Below, one piece after another: positions 40,225-43,527 of a stretch of DNA of 43,527 nt. Below the pieces are notes generated by a model. It was not told the DNA's origin, searched no databases, and was given only the letters and a program-made list of their open reading frames with translations. A program made the position numbers and the translations under genes. Within the stretch, counting starts at the first letter, position 1; every line of letters begins with the position of its first letter. This DNA comes from an uncultured Gammaproteobacteria bacterium (GTDB lineage: Bacteria > Pseudomonadota > Gammaproteobacteria > UBA9214): contig CAJQNP010000079.1 in NCBI GenBank assembly GCA_905479705.1, positions 1-43,527 on the forward strand. Direction: 5' to 3'.

Positions 40225-41931
40225 TTACGCGTTGTACTGGCCCTTGCGCATGACGCCGCCCTGTACCGGCTCGCCGCCACCCTGCGCAAACACCCGGGAA
40301 AGATATTCGGGCGGTTCCCTGCCGAGCATGCTGTAGAGATTGGACAGGTGCACGCGGAACAGGCGTTCAAAGTCACTGACCGTGTCCGCAGAGTTGTAGT
40401 CGCCAAACCACCAGAACCAGTCCGAGCCCTCGCAGATCGATAGCTGGTGTCGGGCAGCCAGCAATTGCTCTCCGCTCAGGCTGTTTTCCCGGGCGGACTC
40501 ATCAAAGGCTGCCTTCGCGTCGACGAGCATTTCCCAGCCACGGTTTTTGTCCTTGTCGCCGATCCAGGTCGAGAACGTGCCATACACCCAGCTGCCACTG
40601 ACCAGGGAGTTGATGCGCGGCAGCGCATGGCCATCCTGCAGGTATTCTGAATAGGTCGTCATCCTGATGTCAGGATGCGAGGCCAGGCGCTGGTAGAGGG
40701 TATTGAGAAAGTAATAGCCGTTTTCCGGAAAGTGTTCCCAGGCATTTTCTCCGTCAAGGATGATTGAAACCAGCGGACTGTCCTGTCCATGCGTGCTGGC
40801 TGCAATGTTCTCCAGGTGTTCAATCAGGTTGCCGACGGCATCATCGGCATGCCAGTCTGAATAGGTGAAGCCGATCAGGTCAGAGAGGCCGTCGTCCCTG
40901 AAGAAGCAGGCCAGCTCTCCCTCGGCCATGCGAAAGCCCTGGTAGAGACTGCTGTCGGTCACGGCCTCGTTTTCCGGGTGCGACTGGCTGTGCCGGAACA
41001 CCGATTCGCCGCTGGCGGCCCAGGTAAAACCGTACTCCTCGAGCAGGCCCAGCGCAGGCCCGCTGATACCGCCTTCTGATGGCCAGCAGCCGGTCGGGCG
41101 CTTGGCGAAAAACTGTTCGAAGGTCGCGATACCCTCTGTGATGTGCCAGCGTGCCCGCTCCTCGCCACCCGGGTAGCGGGTTACCTGCGGCATGCTGACA
41201 TCCGGCATGGCCTCACGGGCAGAATCCATGTCCAGCAGCAGCGGTACGATCGGGTGTGCATAGGGTGACATCGCCAGCTCGACCTGTCCCCTGTCTGCCA
41301 GCTCGCGGTAGCCGTCGATCACGCTGGAGAGGAGTTCGCCGATGAGTTTCACCAGCTCGCGCCGGTCGTGCAGCGAAAAGCCGGTACCCTTGGCCATCAG
41401 TTGCTGTATCAGCAGGTTCTCGCGGCGCACCGTCTCGCCCATCCAGGCAAGGTGATACCACACCAGTAAATCGACAATAAACTGGTCGCCGACGTACAGC
41501 ATCCCGGACGGGTGTTCGTTAAACCAGCCCGCCATCTCGGCCAGCTTCTGGTAATGCTCGAAGCGCTTGATGGAGCGCAGCTCATTGGCCCGCAGACACG
41601 CGTTGACCAGTTCCATCCGCTGGTCCTTGCTGCCAGGCAGCACCGGACAGGCCAGCGCCGCCAGCAGGGGGTCGCGGATTGCCTTGTTCTTGGAGAGAAA
41701 ACCGTTTACCTGGCCGGCATAGTCGGACAGCTGTTCGAGCAGAATGGGTGCAAAGTTGACCACTGCCTTCGCACCCGGGACGGCCTTGAGGTGCGCGGCC
41801 ATGTCGATGTAGTCCTTGGTTGCGTGCAGGTAGGACCAGGGCAGCTGGTAGAGGCCGCTGATCAGGTCGCAATATTGTGGCTGGTGCATATGCCAGCAGA
41901 TAACCAGGTTCAGCCGCTGGTCAGCGGACAT
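40225..41931 (-). CDS. Glycoside hydrolase family 57 protein (branching-enzyme / amylase-like)
   Basis: GH57 signature regions are present: [39 protein letters not shown] (nucleophile Glu) and [11 protein letters not shown] (acid/base Asp). Its ATG overlaps the glgC stop by 11 nt. Confidence 0.88.
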   Translation of the reverse strand: MSADQRLNLVICWHMHQPQYCDLISGLYQLPWSYLHATKDYIDMAAHLKAVPGAKAVVNFAPILLEQLSDYAGQVNGFLSKNKAIRDPLLAALACPVLPGSKDQRMELVNACLRANELRSIKRFEHYQKLAEMAGWFNEHPSGMLYVGDQFIVDLLVWYHLAWMGETVRRENLLIQQLMAKGTGFSLHDRRELVKLIGELLSSVIDGYRELADRGQVELAMSPYAHPIVPLLLDMDSAREAMPDVSMPQVTRYPGGEERARWHITEGIATFEQFFAKRPTGCWPSEGGISGPALGLLEEYGFTWAASGESVFRHSQSHPENEAVTDSSLYQGFRMAEGELACFFRDDGLSDLIGFTYSDWHADDAVGNLIEHLENIAASTHGQDSPLVSIILDGENAWEHFPENGYYFLNTLYQRLASHPDIRMTTYSEYLQDGHALPRINSLVSGSWVYGTFSTWIGDKDKNRGWEMLVDAKAAFDESARENSLSGEQLLAARHQLSICEGSDWFWWFGDYNSADTVSDFERLFRVHLSNLYSMLGREPPEYLSRVFAQGGGEPVQGGVMRKGQYNA

Positions 41932-43189
41932 GGTGTATTTCCTGGCCCAGCATCTCGGGAGTTACCAGCACTACCCCATTGGGACTGACATAAAAACGCT
42001 CGGCATCGGCATCCGGATCTTCACCGATCACGGTGTCATCCGGCAGTTCGCAGTTCTTGTCGATAATGGCCTTGGTGACCCGGCAGTTTCTGCCGATGCG
42101 GACATTGGGCAGCGCAACGACATCCTTGAGTTCCGTGTACGAACCAATTCGTACATTGGAAAACAGCAGGGAGTGGCGCACAATCGCGCCCGAGATCAGG
42201 CAGCCGCCGGAAACCATGGAGTCCAGCGCCATGCCGCGCCGGTCTTTATCGTCAAAGATAAATTTTGCTGGCGGCAATTGTTCCTGGTAGGTCCAGATCG
42301 GCCACTGGTCGTCGTACAGGTTCAGCTCCGGCAGGACGCCAATCAGTTCCAGGTTGGCCTCCCAGAAGGAATCGATGGTACCCACATCACGCCAGTAGGC
42401 CTGCTGCCCTTCGTTCGAGGAACGGAACGGGTAACTGTAGACGCGGTATTTCTTGATCAGGTTGGGGATGATGTCGTGACCGAAGTCATGAGTCGAGTAG
42501 GTGGAATCGGCATCCTTGATCAACTGTTCGTAGAGAAAGGCTGTATTGAATACATAGATGCCCATCGAGGCCAGTGCAGTGTCTTGCATGCCCGGAATCG
42601 GCTCCGGTTCCGCGGGCTTTTCATGGAAGCGCGTCACCCGGCCCACGGCGTCGACCGAGATCACGCCAAACGCCCTGGCCATCTCCAGGGGTACCTCGAT
42701 ACAGCCGACCGTCATGTCGGCACCCGAGTTGACGTGGTGCGCAATCATGGGACCGTAGTCCATCTTGTAGACGTGGTCACCGGCCAGGATCAGGACATAG
42801 TCCGGCTTGTGGGTGCGGATAATATCGAGGTTCTGGTAGACCGCATCGGCCGTGCCCGAGTACCAGGAATCCTGGATGCGCTGCTGTGCCGGCAGCAATT
42901 CGATGAATTCCTTGAATTCACCTCGAAGAAAACTCCAGCCCTGCTGAATATGCTGGATCAGGGAGTGGGCCTTGTACTGGGTCAGTACCCCGATCATGCG
43001 GATGCCGGAATTCAGGCAATTCGACAGGGGGAAGTCGATAATGCGAAATTTTCCGCCAAACGGGACAGCCGGCTTGGCCCGCCAGAGGGTTAGCTGGCGT
43101 AGTCGTGAGCCGCGTCCCCCGGCGAGAATGAGCGCCAGGGTGCTGCGCGTGAGACGGCTGACGTAACGCAAATCATCATTAACTTGCAT
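41921..43189 (-). CDS. glgC: Glucose-1-phosphate adenylyltransferase
   Basis: Motifs are [36 protein letters not shown] and the C-terminal left-handed beta-helix region. Confidence 0.95.
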   Translation of the reverse strand: MQVNDDLRYVSRLTRSTLALILAGGRGSRLRQLTLWRAKPAVPFGGKFRIIDFPLSNCLNSGIRMIGVLTQYKAHSLIQHIQQGWSFLRGEFKEFIELLPAQQRIQDSWYSGTADAVYQNLDIIRTHKPDYVLILAGDHVYKMDYGPMIAHHVNSGADMTVGCIEVPLEMARAFGVISVDAVGRVTRFHEKPAEPEPIPGMQDTALASMGIYVFNTAFLYEQLIKDADSTYSTHDFGHDIIPNLIKKYRVYSYPFRSSNEGQQAYWRDVGTIDSFWEANLELIGVLPELNLYDDQWPIWTYQEQLPPAKFIFDDKDRRGMALDSMVSGGCLISGAIVRHSLLFSNVRIGSYTELKDVVALPNVRIGRNCRVTKAIIDKNCELPDDTVIGEDPDADAERFYVSPNGVVLVTPEMLGQEIHHVR

Positions 43190-43334
43190 GGAGCAGTGGG
43201 CTACCTGAGAGTGAGTGTGAAATCGGATTCGGTCGTTATTGTATGGCCAAGAGGTTTGACTGTATAGTTAGCCGGCACTGAAATTTTGATATCACAAATC
43301 AGCGGGATCTAGCGCATACAGTGATCATAAATAA

Positions 43335-43527
43335 GATGTTATATGAGCACCCTGACAACCCGTCATCCGCAGGACTCTCCGCTGATATTCAGCGACTCAT
43401 TGAAGCGCGCCACCATAATCCCTACTCGCTGCTGGGCAAGCACAATTATGCCAACACCGACCTGGTTCGCGCCTATATTCCAGGTGCCGCCTGGGTGCGC
43501 ATTGCGGAAAACGGTGCCTCGCTGCAG
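43335..43527 (+). CDS. glgB: 1,4-alpha-glucan branching enzyme (GH13), N-terminal 64 codons; continues off-window
   Basis: This is not in the ORF track because it has no stop in the window. ATG 43335 opens MLYEHPDNPSSAGLSADIQRLIEARHHNPYSLLGKHNYANTDLVRAYIPGAAWVRIAENGASLQ. The ...I..G.H.dP...LG.H pattern is the usual GlgB N-terminus. It is divergent from glgC. The start codon is uncertain. Confidence 0.7.

Noticed and set aside
41930-43093. A 387-aa plus-strand ORF lies opposite glgC.
   Set aside because: It is antisense to a high-confidence glgC, with no motifs and a shadow-frame composition. The same reasoning applies to 37552..38574 (opposite glgP), 19053..19997 (opposite asd), 17381..18298 (opposite fimV), 15123..15980 (opposite truA), 22374..23063 (opposite leuC) and 13348..14013 (opposite trpB).

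Overview
This is a 43.5-kb stretch of a GC-rich chromosome, most likely gammaproteobacterial. That assignment is an inference from gene content and from the Pseudomonas-like order leuCDB-asd-fimV-truA-trpFBA-accD-folC-dedD-cvpA-purF-metZ. I annotate 42 protein-coding genes (2 partial) and 5 tRNAs: a Pro-Arg-His-Lys operon on the minus strand and a single tRNA-Leu on the plus strand. I also call three sigma70-like promoters and one leader RNA with an intrinsic terminator.

Nearly all of the window is tightly packed housekeeping DNA. It covers one-carbon and aminoacyl-tRNA functions, lipid A, Met/Trp/Leu/aromatic biosynthesis, purF, Sec translocon subunits, queuosine genes, a copper-chaperone pair, psd, suhB, and an alpha-glucan cluster (glgP-type phosphorylase, malQ, GH57, glgC, glgB).

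I found no CRISPR array, no obvious defence, toxin or secretion module, and no reverse transcriptase or transposase. I therefore cannot honestly claim a new multi-gene system inside the window. The observations most worth follow-up are:

1. A tyrosine integrase is absent from the supplied ORF track. It starts 120 nt downstream of the tRNA-Lys 3' end and runs off the left edge, so an integrative element with unseen cargo probably begins at the window boundary.
2. The metZ leader is compact: promoter, H-type pseudoknot with a U-U-A triplex layout like SAM-II riboswitches, 9-bp terminator plus U7, SD, then ATG.
3. An orphan EcfT/CbiQ-like membrane gene sits between fimV and truA. It recreates the Firmicute ecfT-truA adjacency but lacks the ATPase genes.
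4. Two uncharacterised small genes lie between aroC and prmB, and one of them is translationally coupled to prmB.
5. A roughly 100-bp AT-rich patch (29 G+C of 100 by hand count) and a possible 62-codon gene sit in the oversized convergent gap between suhB and secF.

The many long ORFs antisense to recognised genes are treated as GC-rich shadow frames.
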